From NCBI GenBank assembly GCA_002269645.1, contig NIVC01000296.1, positions 248,001 through 312,000 of the forward strand: a DNA stretch of 64,000 nucleotides, written 5' to 3'. Positions 23,385 to 35,289 of the stretch are shown here, piece by piece. The translations under genes and the position numbers were made by a program. The notes beneath the pieces are model-generated. The model did no database searches, had not been told where the DNA came from, and saw only the letters and a program-made list of their open reading frames with translations. The stretch is from Macrostomum lignano. Taxonomy: Eukaryota. Numbering within the stretch: the first letter of the stretch is position 1; each line of letters begins with the position of its first letter.

Positions 23385-25295
23385 CAGTCGCACATCCTCC
23401 TCAGTCACACATCCTCCTCAGTCACACATCCTCCTCAGTCGCACATCCTCCTCAGTCACACATCCTCCTCAGTCGCACATCCTCCTCAGTCACACATCCT
23501 CCTCAGTCACACATCCTCCTCAGTCGCACATCCTCCTCAGTCACACATCCTCCTCAGTCACACATCCTCCTCAGTCACACACCCTCCTCAGTCACACATC
23601 CTCCTCAGTCACACATCCTCCTCAGTCACACATCCTCCTCAGTCACACATCCTTCTCAGTCACACATCCTCCTCAGTCACACATCCTCCTCAGTCACACA
23701 TCCTCCTCAGTCACACATCCTCCTCAGTCACACATCCTCCTCAGTCACAAATAATACTCAGTCACACATCCTCCTCAGTCACAAATAATACTCAGTCACA
23801 CATCATCCTCAGTCACACATCCTCCTCAGTCACACATCCTCCTCAGTCACACATCCTCCTCAGTCACATATCCTCCTCAGTCACACATCCTCCTCAGTCA
23901 CACATCCTCCTCAGTCACACATCCTCCTCAGTCACACATCCTCCTCAGTCACACATCCTCCTCAGTCACACATCCTCCTCAGTCACAAATAATACTCAGT
24001 CACACATCCTCCTCAGTCACACATCCTCCTCAGTCACACATCCTCCTCAGTCACACATCCTCCTCAGTCACACATCCTCCTCAGTCACACATCCTCCTCA
24101 GTCACACATCCTCCTCAGTCACATATCCTCCTCAGTCACACATCCTCCTCAGTCACACATCCTCCTCAGTCACACATCCTCCTCAGTCACACATCCTCCT
24201 CAGTCACACATCCTCCTCAGTCACAAATAATACTCAGTAACACATCCTCCTCAGTCACACATCCTCCTCAGTCACAGGAATTTATCTCACTCACACATCC
24301 TCCTCAGTCGCACATCCTCCTCAGTCGCACATCCTCCTCAGTCACACATCCTCCTCAGTCACATATCCTCCTCAGTCACACATCCTCCTCAGTCACACAT
24401 CCTCCTCAGTCACACATCCTCCTCAGTCACACATCCTCCTCAGTCACACATCCTCCTCAGTCACACATCCTCCTCAGTCACACATCCTCCTCAGTCACAT
24501 ATCCTCCTCAGTCACACATCCTCCTCAGTCACACATCCTCCTCAGTCACACATCCTCCTCAGTCACACATCCTCCTCAGTCACACATCCTCCTCAGTCAC
24601 ACATCCTCCTCAGTCACACATCCTCCTCAGTCACACATCCTCCTCAGTCACACATCCTCCTCAGTCACACATCCTCCTCAGTCACATATCCTCCTCAGTC
24701 ACACATCCTCCTCAGTCACACATCCTCCTCAGTCACACATCCTCCTCAGTCACACATCCTCCTCAGTCACACATCCTCCTCAGTCACACATCCTCCTCAG
24801 TCACAAATAATACTCAGTCACACATCCTCCTCAGTCACACATCCTCCTCAGTCACACATCCTCCTCAGTCACACATCCTCCTCAGTCACACATCCTCCTC
24901 AGTCACACATCCTCCTCAGTCACACATCCTCCTCAGTCACACATCCTCCTCAGTCACACATCCTCCTCAGTCACACATCCTCCTCAGTCACACATCCTCC
25001 TCAGTCACACATCCTCCTCAGTCACACATCCTCCTCAGTCACACATCCTCCTCAGTCACACATCCTCCTCAGTCACACATCCTCCTCAGTCACACATCCT
25101 CCTCAGTCACACATCCTCCTCAGTCACACATCTTCCTCAGTCACACATCCTCCTCAGTCACACATCTTCCTCAGTCACACATCTTCCTCAGTCACACATC
25201 CTCCTCAGTCACACATCCTCCTCAGTCACACATCCTCCTCAGTCACACATCCTCCTCAGTCACACATCCTCCTCAGTCACAGGAATTTATCTCAC
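23385..25295. repeat. 17-bp minisatellite (CAGTCACACATCCTCCT), ~110 copies
   Basis: Period 17 matches the 17-aa repeat in ORF 23274..24230; recurrent variant CACAAATAATACT. Confidence 0.95.
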
Positions 25296-25992
25296 TCACA
25301 CATCCTCCCAGGAAAAAATCCACCCTTAAAGAATTTCTACTTGACCGCTGCATCCCCCCAATGTCAGTCGGGTTTCCAGCGCAGCAAATCTCGGAGTTGT
25401 TTACTTTTTTGAGTCTCGCATTCCTCGCTAATGCAGTGAAATCTGCAACACCGTTATAGCAGGCTTAAATACAGATACAGTCTGTCCATATAGCCTGGAT
25501 ATAAAAAATGTAAAAGCGAGCGAATGTGACGACTCTAAGGGAAAAAAGATATCGATGAAGCCGACCAGGTAACCCCTGCTACTGCTGCTGCTGCTGCTGG
25601 TTGAGACATCCATTAGTGACCATGGTTACGGAGAGGACTCACTTCGGGATCGCTAATGGAGTCTTTGGGGAAAAGGGATTTATCGAAGATGGGTGGGTGG
25701 AGGATTGGATGTGCTCTACTCGCGAGCAGTATGTGGAATCCCAGTTCAGGCGGGAGGTACAGACAGACACAGGGGGGGGGGTATTTGCGGGATCGATGGC
25801 ATCAATGGTGCGCCAGGTGGGGCAGGGTAGGGCTATGGGGGTTTGAAGAAGCTTTCAACTAAAAGCTGGAGCAAAATATTGGACTCGCTAGGCTGAGTTT
25901 GAGTCAGTCGCTTCGCGGGTAGGGGGACGAATCAAGGACTGTTAAGGTATCTGGATTGGAAGCGAGGCCCTAGTTTGAAATTGGCCTGAAAG

Positions 25993-26213
25993 TGAAGGCT
26001 GCGTACGGCTGTTCAGTCCAAGGACTGGGGGGTCGCCACACACCCTCAATTACCCCAGCTAATGCTGGCACCCATTTTACAGCGGGGTGAACTGAAGCAA
26101 TTCAGAGTTAAGTGTCTTGCTCAAGGACACAAATTGTTCCGGTGGGTCGAGAATCGAACCCCCGACCTTCAAGTCGTGAGTCCGACGCTCTGACCACTAG
26201 GCTTGCAACTCCC
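25993..26213 (-). mobile_element. CORE-type tRNA SINE, 3'-truncated copy
   Basis: Close match to 6430-6665; minus strand GTGTCCTTGAGCAAGACACTTAACTCT…CTGTAAAATGGG aligns with the MIR CORE block; tail missing. Confidence 0.8.
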
Positions 26214-27221
26214 TTTGCCAATGTAAGAGTGGGTAACATTTATGCATCCGGTTTTTAAGCTCAACAAGGGGCCGAGCCAAAGGTCCATCAGCTCGGTGCT
26301 TTGAGAGAGACCGGGATGTTGCAAACTGGTAACACCTGCAAGTTACTGCGTTAAAATACCCTCCATAAATAATTTCAGCACATTGTTGCCATCATTCTTG
26401 CTGGCATAATTGTTACATAATTAATCGAGCGAGCTACATTGATTTCTTACAAAATACTATACTAGAAGCAGCAGGGAATCCCCTCCGGCCTAGCACCCCT
26501 AGAAGAAGAAGACCTTAGCAGAAGCAAGCGGGATTTTGGCCGGGGGGGGAATTCATATATATATGTGTATAAAAGATCCCAGATCCCGCTCGGTACAGAG
26601 CCCCCCCCCCGCCACGCAAGTTTTTCTCCCCTATCCCGGGGATTAATCTGGCTTCGCTGGCGGAGCAACAACAGTTGGCGAATAATTCTCGCTGCACCGC
26701 TATAGGGGCTTCGCTGCTGCCGCCTGCCGCCACTGTGCCGCATTCGCGGCCGGATTGCCACCGGCTTGACCCCGCCAGCTGACATCGGCAGCCCTGGGGA
26801 CAATTAAATTTGATGCGATAATCGGGCCAGGCTCGGTCTGCACCAGCAGCCGCTGCTGTTGCCTCAAGGAGGTCCAACAAGGGGAGCTGATGGACAACTG
26901 ACGCTCACCGCCCAGTAGTATCTATGGGCTCGCCGGCTGCTTTTCGTGGGCCGCTTTGGTTCCGTAATCTGTTGGATTGCTTTAGGCGAACTCCAATAGT
27001 TCTGTCTTTTGATTTTCACCCCAGAAAGCAGGACAAGAGAACACTGGAGAGAGAAGCGGTAAGTTCAAAGAGCCCCCCCGGGTTCGAATCGTGTATGGCC
27101 ATACGCGACCATGAGTAAGAGGGTCAACTCCCAAGGCACCAGTGTGGGGTGCATGCCTGACGATTAGAGAGCCACGGCCGCTGTACTTCGTGTCCCCTGT
27201 AACATTGGTTTTTAGCACAAT

Positions 27222-27491
27222 AATGATAATTATGATAACAATTGATTACACCTGCCCCAATTGGGCCAGATGTGCAACCGACAGCTCAGCCGCAGCTATT
27301 GAGCGGCGCATCTGAAGGCTGCGTACGGCTGTTCAGCCCAAGGACTGGGGGGTCGCCACACACACCCTCAATTACCCCAGCTAATGCTGGCACCCATTTT
27401 ACAGCTGGGTGAACTGAAGCAATGTAGAGTTGAGTGTCTTGCTCAAGGACACAAATTGTTACGACTGGATGGAGAATCGAACCCCTGACCT
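27222..27491 (-). mobile_element. CORE-type tRNA SINE, 5'-truncated copy
   Basis: Same body and tail as 6340-6620; head ends just past the B box and lacks the A box. Confidence 0.8.
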
Positions 27492-28536
27492 TAGCTAAAG
27501 CGACAGTAAATTTCATGCATGTAAGTTAATGAGAAGATTGAAAACGGTTTTTTGTTAGGAGAAAAGTACAGAGTTTCTGAGTATTTATTAGCAAAAAATA
27601 GCTTATTTAATGCTTAAGTTAGCGAGCGGAGATTCAAAGAGTCGATGTCTTGTAAAAAAAGGTTGGGCCATAGACAATCTTCGAGGCACGGGTTTAATAT
27701 GGTTGGCCGTGGCTTAGTTAAAATAGATGCTGTGGTATAAAGGATTCCTAAGCATTAATTAATCCAGCTCCAAAACTATCGACTCAATCTACCATAACTA
27801 GACAGGTTAACTGTAACACTCTCAGTTCTGGCCATAGACGATAAAAGTCCTCTACGACTTTCCTTTCGAAAGATGACATTTTACTCCTTTGAACCTCAAT
27901 TAATGTCTTACAAATAACTGAATCGAAAGGTTTGTACCAATGCTTAACTGGTCACATCGTCGAATAAGTCAATAATGGTTTGTTTATTATTTTCCTCTTG
28001 CAAAACTGTGGTCAACAATCGCCTACAGAACATATTATCATAAAGCTCTTTGAACCAGTTTTATAAAGTTGACAACAGAACAGATGAGTATGGGGAATCT
28101 CAGTAATGGAACAGTGGCAGAAGAAGGTAATTCAGTTTACATGATAGAGCACTAGACTATTAGAACAGCTATACACAAATATTTATTAAAAGTTGTTAAT
28201 TTTGTGATTGACAAGTTGAGAATGTTTTCACAATACAACACAGCTAGGATTACTGAGAATTCGATGGAACTACGGCCTGGGGCAGTATCACAAGTCCAAG
28301 ACAAGTTCAATAAGTACTTTTAATCGTTAGAAAACCATCAGGCTCAGATTGGTGCCCCAATGAGGAGGGTGACATTGGAGGTCAAACTCGGGGGGGGTGG
28401 CAGTTGATTTCGAAGTACCAAGGGTCAAATTGAAGTCAGTTTGAAGATCACAACGAGTGGGACAACAGTTCTGTCTTGCATTGCGGTGCAAAACTTTGGT
28501 TAAAAGAAATCGAACTCTTGATAAACAGCCTCCGGT

Positions 28537-28884
28537 CTATCGGGGGGTGTACAGGTGGCAGCCGTCAGCTGACAGAGTGACGCAGGAGTCGTCCTCTTCC
28601 GCTTCATCTTCCGAGCCGTAGAGGCTGCTGTAGGCCGACACCAGCTGTTGAAATGGCGGCGGCTGTGGCACTGACGAGTCCAGCGGCTGAGCCCAGTGTG
28701 ACGGCGGAGGCGGCGGCGGTGGCGGCGGTGGCGGCAGGGGCGGCAGCGGCTGCAGCAGCGGCGGTGGCGGCGGCGGACCGCCAAAAGCCGACTGCTGAGA
28801 AGAGGTGATGACATCGACCGGCTGAGCACCCGGGTCGTGGCGGACAGGCGAGGAGGCGATCATCGGGACGCCGTTTAGAGTTCG
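28537..28884 (-). CDS. isl: Islet LIM-homeobox gene, last coding exon (LIM-interaction domain)
   Basis: Acceptor CCTCCTCAG|CGA at 28885/28884, phase 0; RTLNGVPMIASSPVRHDP…PFQQLV matches the Islet LID; TAG at 28537-28539. Confidence 0.85.
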   Translation of the reverse strand, partial: RTLNGVPMIASSPVRHDPGAQPVDVITSSQQSAFGGPPPPPPLLQPLPPLPPPPPPPPPPPSHWAQPLDSSVPQPPPFQQLVSAYSSLYGSEDEAEEDDSCVTLSADGCHLYTPR

Positions 28885-28952
28885 CTGAGGAGGAGGGCGG
28901 ATGGTGGTGGATGTTGAATTGGACTAGCGGGAGGCAATGATGGAGATGGTGG

Positions 28953-31900
28953 GGTGAAGACAGAGGAAACAGAGGGTGAAGAGAGGGAACAGAGGGTAAA
29001 GAGAGAGAAGGCAGAGAGGGTAAAGAGAGGGAACAGAGGGTGAAGAGAGGGAACAGATGGTAAAGAGAGGGAACAGAGGGTGAAGAGAGGGAACAGAGGG
29101 TGAAGAGAGAGAAGGCAGAGAGGGTAAAGAGAGGGAACAGAGGGTAAAGAGAGAGAAGGCAGAGAGGGTAAAGAGAGGGAACAGAGGGTGAAGAGAGGGA
29201 ACAGAGGGTGAAGAGAGGGAACAGAGGGTGAAGAGAGGGAACAGATGGTAAAGAGAGGGAACAGAGGGTGAAGAGAGGGAACAGAGGGTAAAGAGAGAGA
29301 AGGCAGAGAGGGTAAAGAGAGGGAACAGAGGGTGAAGAGAGGGAACAGATGGTAAAGAGAGGGAACAGAGGGTGAAGAGAGGGAACAGAGGGTAAAGAGA
29401 GAGAAGGCAGAGAGGGTAAAGAGAGGGAACAGAGGGTAAAGAGAGAGAAGGCAGAGAGGGTAAAGAGAGGGAACAGAGGGTGAAGAGAGGGAACAGATGG
29501 TAAAGAGAGGGAACAGAGGGTGAAGAGAGGGAACAGAGGGTAAAGAGAGAGAAGGCAGAGAGGGTAAAGAGAGGGAACAGAGGGTGAAGAGAGGGAACAG
29601 ATGGTAAAGAGAGGGAACAGAGGGTGAAGAGAGGGAACAGAGGGTAAAGAGAGAGAAGGCAGAGAGGGTAAAGAGAGGGAACAGAGGGTGAAGAGAGGGA
29701 ACAGAGGGTAAAGAGAGGGAACAGAGGTGAAGAGAGAGAAGGCAGAGAGGGTAAGGAGGGGGAACAGAGGGTAAAGAGAGGAAACAGAGGGTGAAGAGAG
29801 GGAACAGAGGGTAAAGAGAGAGAAGGCAGAGAGGGTAAAGAGAGGGAACAGAGGGTGAAGAGAGGGAACAGAGGGTAAAGAGAGAGAAGGCAGAGAGGGT
29901 AAAGAGAGGGAACAGAGGGTGAAGAGAGGGAACAGAGGGTAAAGAGAGGGAACAGAGGGTAAAGAGAGGAAACAGAGGGTGAAGAGAGGGAACAGAGGGT
30001 GAAGAGAGGGAAGGCAGAGAGGTGAAGAGAGGGAACAGAGGGTGAAGAGAGGGAACAGATGGCAGAGAGGGAACAGAGGGTGAAGAGAGGGAACAGAGGG
30101 TGAAGAGAGGGAACAGATGATAGAGAGGGAACAGAGGGTGAAGAGAGGGAACAGAGGGTGAAGAGAGGGAACAGAGGGTGAAGAGAGGGAACAGATGGTA
30201 GAGAGGGAACAGAGAGTGAAGAGAGGGAAGGCAGAGAGGTGAAGAGAGGGAACAGAGGGTGAAGAGAGGGAACAGAGGGTAAAGAGAGAGAAGGCAGAGA
30301 GGGTAAAGAGAGGGAACAGAGGGTGAAGAGAGGGAACAGATGGTAAAGAGAGGGAACAGAGGGTGAAGAGAGGGAACAGAGGGTGAAGAGAGGGAACAGA
30401 GGGTGAAGAGAGGGAACAGAGGGTAAAGAGAGAGAAGGCAGAGAGGGTAAAGAGAGGGAACAGAGGGTGAAGAGAGGGAACAGAGGGTAAAGAGAGGGAA
30501 CAGAGGTGAAGAGAGAGAAGGCAGAGAGGGTAAGGAGAGGGAACAGAGGGTAAAGAGAGGAAACAGAGGGTGAAGAGAGGGAACAGAGGGTAAAGAGAGA
30601 GAAGGCAGAGAGGGTAAAGAGAGGGAACAGAGGGTGAAGAGAGGGAACAGAGGGTAAAGAGAGAGAAGGCAGAAAGGGTAAAGAGAGGGAACAGAGGGTG
30701 AAGAGAGGGAACAGAGGGTAAAGAGAGGGAACAGAGGTGAAGAGAGAGAAGGCAGAGAGGGTAAGGAGAGGGAACAGAGGGTAAAGAGAGGAAACAGAGG
30801 GTGAAGAGAGGGAACAGAGGGTGAAGAGAGGGAACAGAGGGTGAAGAGAGGGAAGGCAGAGAGGTGAAGAGAGGGAACAGAGGGTGAAGAGAGGGAACAG
30901 ATGGCAGAGAGGGAACAGAGGGTGAAGAGAGGGAACAGATGATAGAGAGGGAACAGAGGGTGAAGAGAGGGAACAGATGGTAGAGAGGGAACAGAGGGTG
31001 AAGAGAGGGAACAGATGGTAGAGAGGGAACAGAGGGTGAAGAGAGGGAACAGATGGTAGAGAGGGAACAGAGGGTGAAGAGAGGGAACAGATGGTAGAGA
31101 GGGAACAGAGAGTGAAGAGAGGGAAGGCAGAGAGGTGAAGAGAGGGAACAGAGGGTGAAGAGAGGGAACAGAGGGTGAAGAGAGGGAACAGAGGTGAAGA
31201 GAGGGAACTGAGGTGAAGAGAGGGAACAGATGGTAGAGAGGGAACAGAGGGTGAAGAGAGGGAACAGATGGTAGAGAGGGAACAGAGGGTGAAGAGAGGG
31301 AACAGATGGTAGAGAGGGAACAGAGGGTGAAGAGAGGGAAGGCAGAGAGGTGAAGAGAGGGAACAGAGGGTGAAGAGAGGGAACAGAGGGTGAAGAGAGG
31401 GAACAGAGGTGAAGAGAGGGAACTGAGGTGAAGAGAGGGAACTGAGGTGAAGAGAGGGAACAGAGGGTGAAGAGAGGGAAGGCAGAGAGGGTAAAGAGAG
31501 GGAACAGAGGGTGAAGAGAGGGAAGGCAGAGAGGTGAAGAGAGGGAACAGAGGGTGAAGAGAGGGAACAGAGGGTAAAGAGAGAGAAGGCAGAGATGGTA
31601 AAGAGAGGGAACAGAGGGTGAAGAGAGGGAAGGCAGAGAGGTGAAGAGAGGGAACAGAGGGTAAAGAGAGAGAAGGCAGAGAGGGTAAAGAGAGGGAACA
31701 GAGGGTGAAGAGAGGGAAGGCAGAGAGGTGAAGAGAGGGAACAGAGGGTGAAGAGAGGGAACAGAGGGTGAAGAGAGGGAACAGAGGGTGAAGAGAGGGA
31801 ACAGATGGTGAAGAGAGGGAACAGAGGGTGAAGAGAGGGAACAGAGGGTGAAGAGAGGGAACAGATGGTGAAGAGAGGGAACAGAGGGTGAAGAGAGGGA

Positions 31901-31971
31901 ACAGATGGTAGAGAGGGAACAGAGGGTGAAGAGAGGGAACAGATGGTAGAGAGGGAACAGAGGTGAAGAGA
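28953..31971. repeat. ~20-bp purine-rich minisatellite (GAGAGGGAACAGAGGGTGAA, with 24-bp variants), 3 kb, Islet last intron
   Basis: Period 20 seen directly; explains the artefactual 1057-aa ORF. Confidence 0.95.
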
Positions 31972-32944
31972 CGGTCAGAAATCAGATTCCTGCTGCGACA
32001 CAATGAAAATAGCAGATTTTCCCAATAAATTGTTTGCAGCTGAAACAATAGGGTCCGCGGATAATTAGTTTGCTCTGCTGATCGATGGGATAGGGCTTGG
32101 TCACAGACTGTAACAACTCTCAGATCTCATGCCCCGCGGCCCTCCACAATAGAGAATGGATCTTTACAGTGCACTTGTACTCCGGAAGGGGCAAATAGAG
32201 TTGCAGAAATGAGCAGCGGAATGCAATGAGGATTTCCTGAGCACAATGAGGAAGTGGCAGAGCGGCAGGTCGTGGAACCTCTGAATTCGGAATACCTGGG
32301 GAGGCAATTCTCGACCGGATGTCACAAAATGCTTTTTAATTTCTTAGTGCTTCAAATATTAATATTCCTATCACTCAAGAGTTTTACATTGCTGAAATCC
32401 ATATGGAGTTCTCGCAGCCCTTTTAGTTTCAAAATAAATAATAGTTATTGGCTGAGCATTCAGCACCATCTCATATGTCTGTACTGCAGATTCTGTGTCC
32501 ATGTCAGCTGCACAATGGGCTGGCTACCCCCCCCCCGCAGACAGATTATGCATAACATTGAATTGGAGGGTTCGGGTCGACCCTCAACGCTCTGGACAGC
32601 TTTACCGGCATAGCAGCGGCTGCCTCATCCCGGCCCACCCGGGAGAGCCAGTTAACTGGGAATATTTATTTGTGGCAACGGGATAGAAAGATAAGCAGAA
32701 AAGCAATGGGGATGCCAGCAGATTAAGGCATGTACATTTTCCTGCCTTGCGCTATAATTAAAAATTAATTAAAGATTTCCATAGTTATGAAATTTTCTTC
32801 AACGCCCACGCGGTAATTGATTATTTGATTGTGTTTATAAACTTTAGCCAGCTGCATGGGGTGAGGCAAATTTCTATCAAATGAGCTTCAGTTTCTCATT
32901 AAATGCAATTTTGCAGCATGAAGTGCATGATGGCGAACCCTCAC

Positions 32945-33345
32945 CTTCTGCTGCTGGTGCTCCATCTGCTTCATGAGCAGCTGTTTCTTCTTGTCCTTGC
33001 ACCGCTTGTTCTGAAACCAGACCCGGATGACCCGCGGGCTCAGGCCGGTCATCTCCACCAGCTGCTCCTTCATCAGCGCGTCCGGCCGAGGGTTGGCCGC
33101 GTAGCAGGTGCGCAGCGTGTGCAGCTGCTTCTCGTTCAGCACCGTCCGGACTCGGGTCGCCTTGCTGCTGTCCTTGCTCACGCCGCCTCCGCCGCCTCCG
33201 CCGCCTTTCCTTTTGCCGCCGCCGCCGCCGCCGCCGCTGCCGACGTGACCGCCGCCATGCCCGGCCGAGTTGTACACGGAGCTCTCGCTGTTTGACGGCG
33301 TCTCGCTGGTGACCGACGGGCTTCGCGAGTCGTCGTTTTCCTGGC
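32945..33345 (-). CDS. isl: Islet homeodomain exon
   Basis: [59 protein letters not shown] is the Islet homeodomain. Acceptor AACAG|GC (phase 1); donor AAG|GTGAGG (phase 0). Confidence 0.95.
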
Positions 33346-34261
33346 CTGTTCGGTTGGGTGTCGGGCGGGTTTTGCTACAGATCTTTCTATCAAGGACCAC
33401 TAGGAACACTTCGTTGTAGTCTAGTCTAGTAGTCCTTGCTTTCTACCGGGGTATAAGTGGGATTAACTGCGCCGAGTTGTGTTGCAGCGTAGAGCTAGGT
33501 TGTTGTTAAGAGTTGTGCTGTCGTGCTGAGTTGTGTTGTGCTGAGTTGTTTTACCATGTTGAGTTGTGTTTTGTGGTAGTGTCGTGTTGTGTTCTATTGT
33601 GTAGTGTCGTACTGCATTTTGTTACAGTATTGTTTTATCTTGCCCAGCGCTGAGCTTCTATATTTGGCTACCGTTTTTGTTTGGGTGAAATTTATAAGCA
33701 TTGCATCATCCTATAAAGCATGCTTTTATATCTCTGATGAATAGAAGCCAGAAAACAGTGCCTAACTAGGAGCGCTTGACCCCCTGAATGAATATGGCTA
33801 CTGGTGACTAGGGACTAATGATCAAAGCCTGGTCTCCCCCTTCCCCTATAGAAGTTAATGCCCGTACTATGAACAAGCCTTCCTATAGACCATTTTGGCC
33901 ATCAAGCCCTCACACAGCCCCAACACAGAGGCAGGGAAACTCTTTCCAACTAGTCAGCCTCGCCCCGTCCCCTAAAAAGGGAAGGCAACGATTTGGGCCG
34001 GCCTGCTTCAGGATCCGGCTTGCTGGAAAATAATAAAAGATAAAAATTCAGCAATCAGGGTGGGGGGCTGGGGGCGGTGCCTGCCAGTCTGGCCTCAATG
34101 GCTTGTCGCGTCTTGTCGTCGGAGACAATTCCTAAGATGCTTTTAGGACTAGATAAGGCTGACGGTGCTTTCTGGCTGCTGTCCATATCCTGGAACTCGA
34201 TTTTTATGGCACTTACAGGGGAGAACAATTATTAGAGAATGTCTCTGTAAGTGCCACAATA

Positions 34262-34768
34262 GTCTGACATTGTGACTGACACTAGCCTGGCATTGTGACT
34301 GAATCTAGTCTGACATTGTGACTGACATGCGTCTGACATTGTGACTGACACAAGAGCCTGACATTGTGACTGACACAAGGGCCTGACATTGTGACTGACA
34401 CAATGGCCTGACATTGTGACTGACACAAGAGCCTGATATTGTGACTGACACAAGAGCCTGACATTGTGACCGACACAAGGGCCTGACATTGTGACTGACA
34501 CAAGGGCCTGACATTGTGACTGACACAAGGGCCTGACATTGTGACTGACACAAGAGCCTGACATTGTGACTGACACAATGGCCTGACATTGTGACTGACA
34601 CAAGAGCCTGATATTGTGACTGACACAAGAGCCTGACATTGTGACTGACACAAGGGCCTGACATTGTGACTGACACAAGGGCCTGACATTGTGACTGACA
34701 CAAGAGCCTGACATTGTGACTGACACAAGAGCCTGACATTGTGACTGACACAAGAGCCTGACATTGTG
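34262..34768. repeat. 25-bp minisatellite (CCTGACATTGTGACTGACACAAGAG), ~20 copies
   Basis: Period 25 seen directly. Confidence 0.95.
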
Positions 34769-35289
34769 ATATGCCCTTTTTAACTTTCTGGACAATTTTC
34801 TGGACGCTGATACTCGGGAATCGAACTCCGATAACCGCAGACATCAGAAGTCTCTAAGACTGCGGTTTGTGGTTCGATTTTGCCCAGACTAATGAAGCAT
34901 TCAGCCGTCTAATTGTGACCTCCAGCCCCGCGAAATAATGTACAGGCGGGGTGGGTAGCTAATTAATTATTAATTAGGCAGGCAAATCAAGAGAATGTCA
35001 GTTAGAGTTGACCCTCAGCTCGATGTCCTGTTTGGACCGGGCAAACAGCCGGCCCGCCAAATTCCTTCAACTTCCCAAGCCTCCTCTCAGCAATTCTCGC
35101 TTTGCCCGACTTTCTCACTCGGCTGGCCTACGCTCGTATTCTACACAAGCGTGCGGTCAAATATTTGGCCGGCTGTTCCCATTGAAGCTCGCATTGATTG
35201 ATGGCGCCGCCAGCTGGCCCGCTGTTCTCTGATTCTCACTTGACCGGCCCTCTGCTGTCCGCTATTGTAGTATTTCCTGACAGCTTTGA

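Noticed and set aside
23274-25295. 17-bp array (and the other arrays) as CRISPR or as repetitive proteins
   Set aside because: Contiguous tandem units with no unique spacers and no cas genes, in a eukaryotic context.
27050-27215. Possible second SINE (GGGTTCGAATC B box) on the plus strand
   Set aside because: No clear A box, single copy in the window, no defined tail.
28875-32048. 1057-aa ORF, plus other long repeat ORFs (37797..38567, 42925..44516, 49782..50654, 51745..54869, 60766..62022)
   Set aside because: Stop-free translations of satellites; amino-acid period equals the nucleotide unit length.
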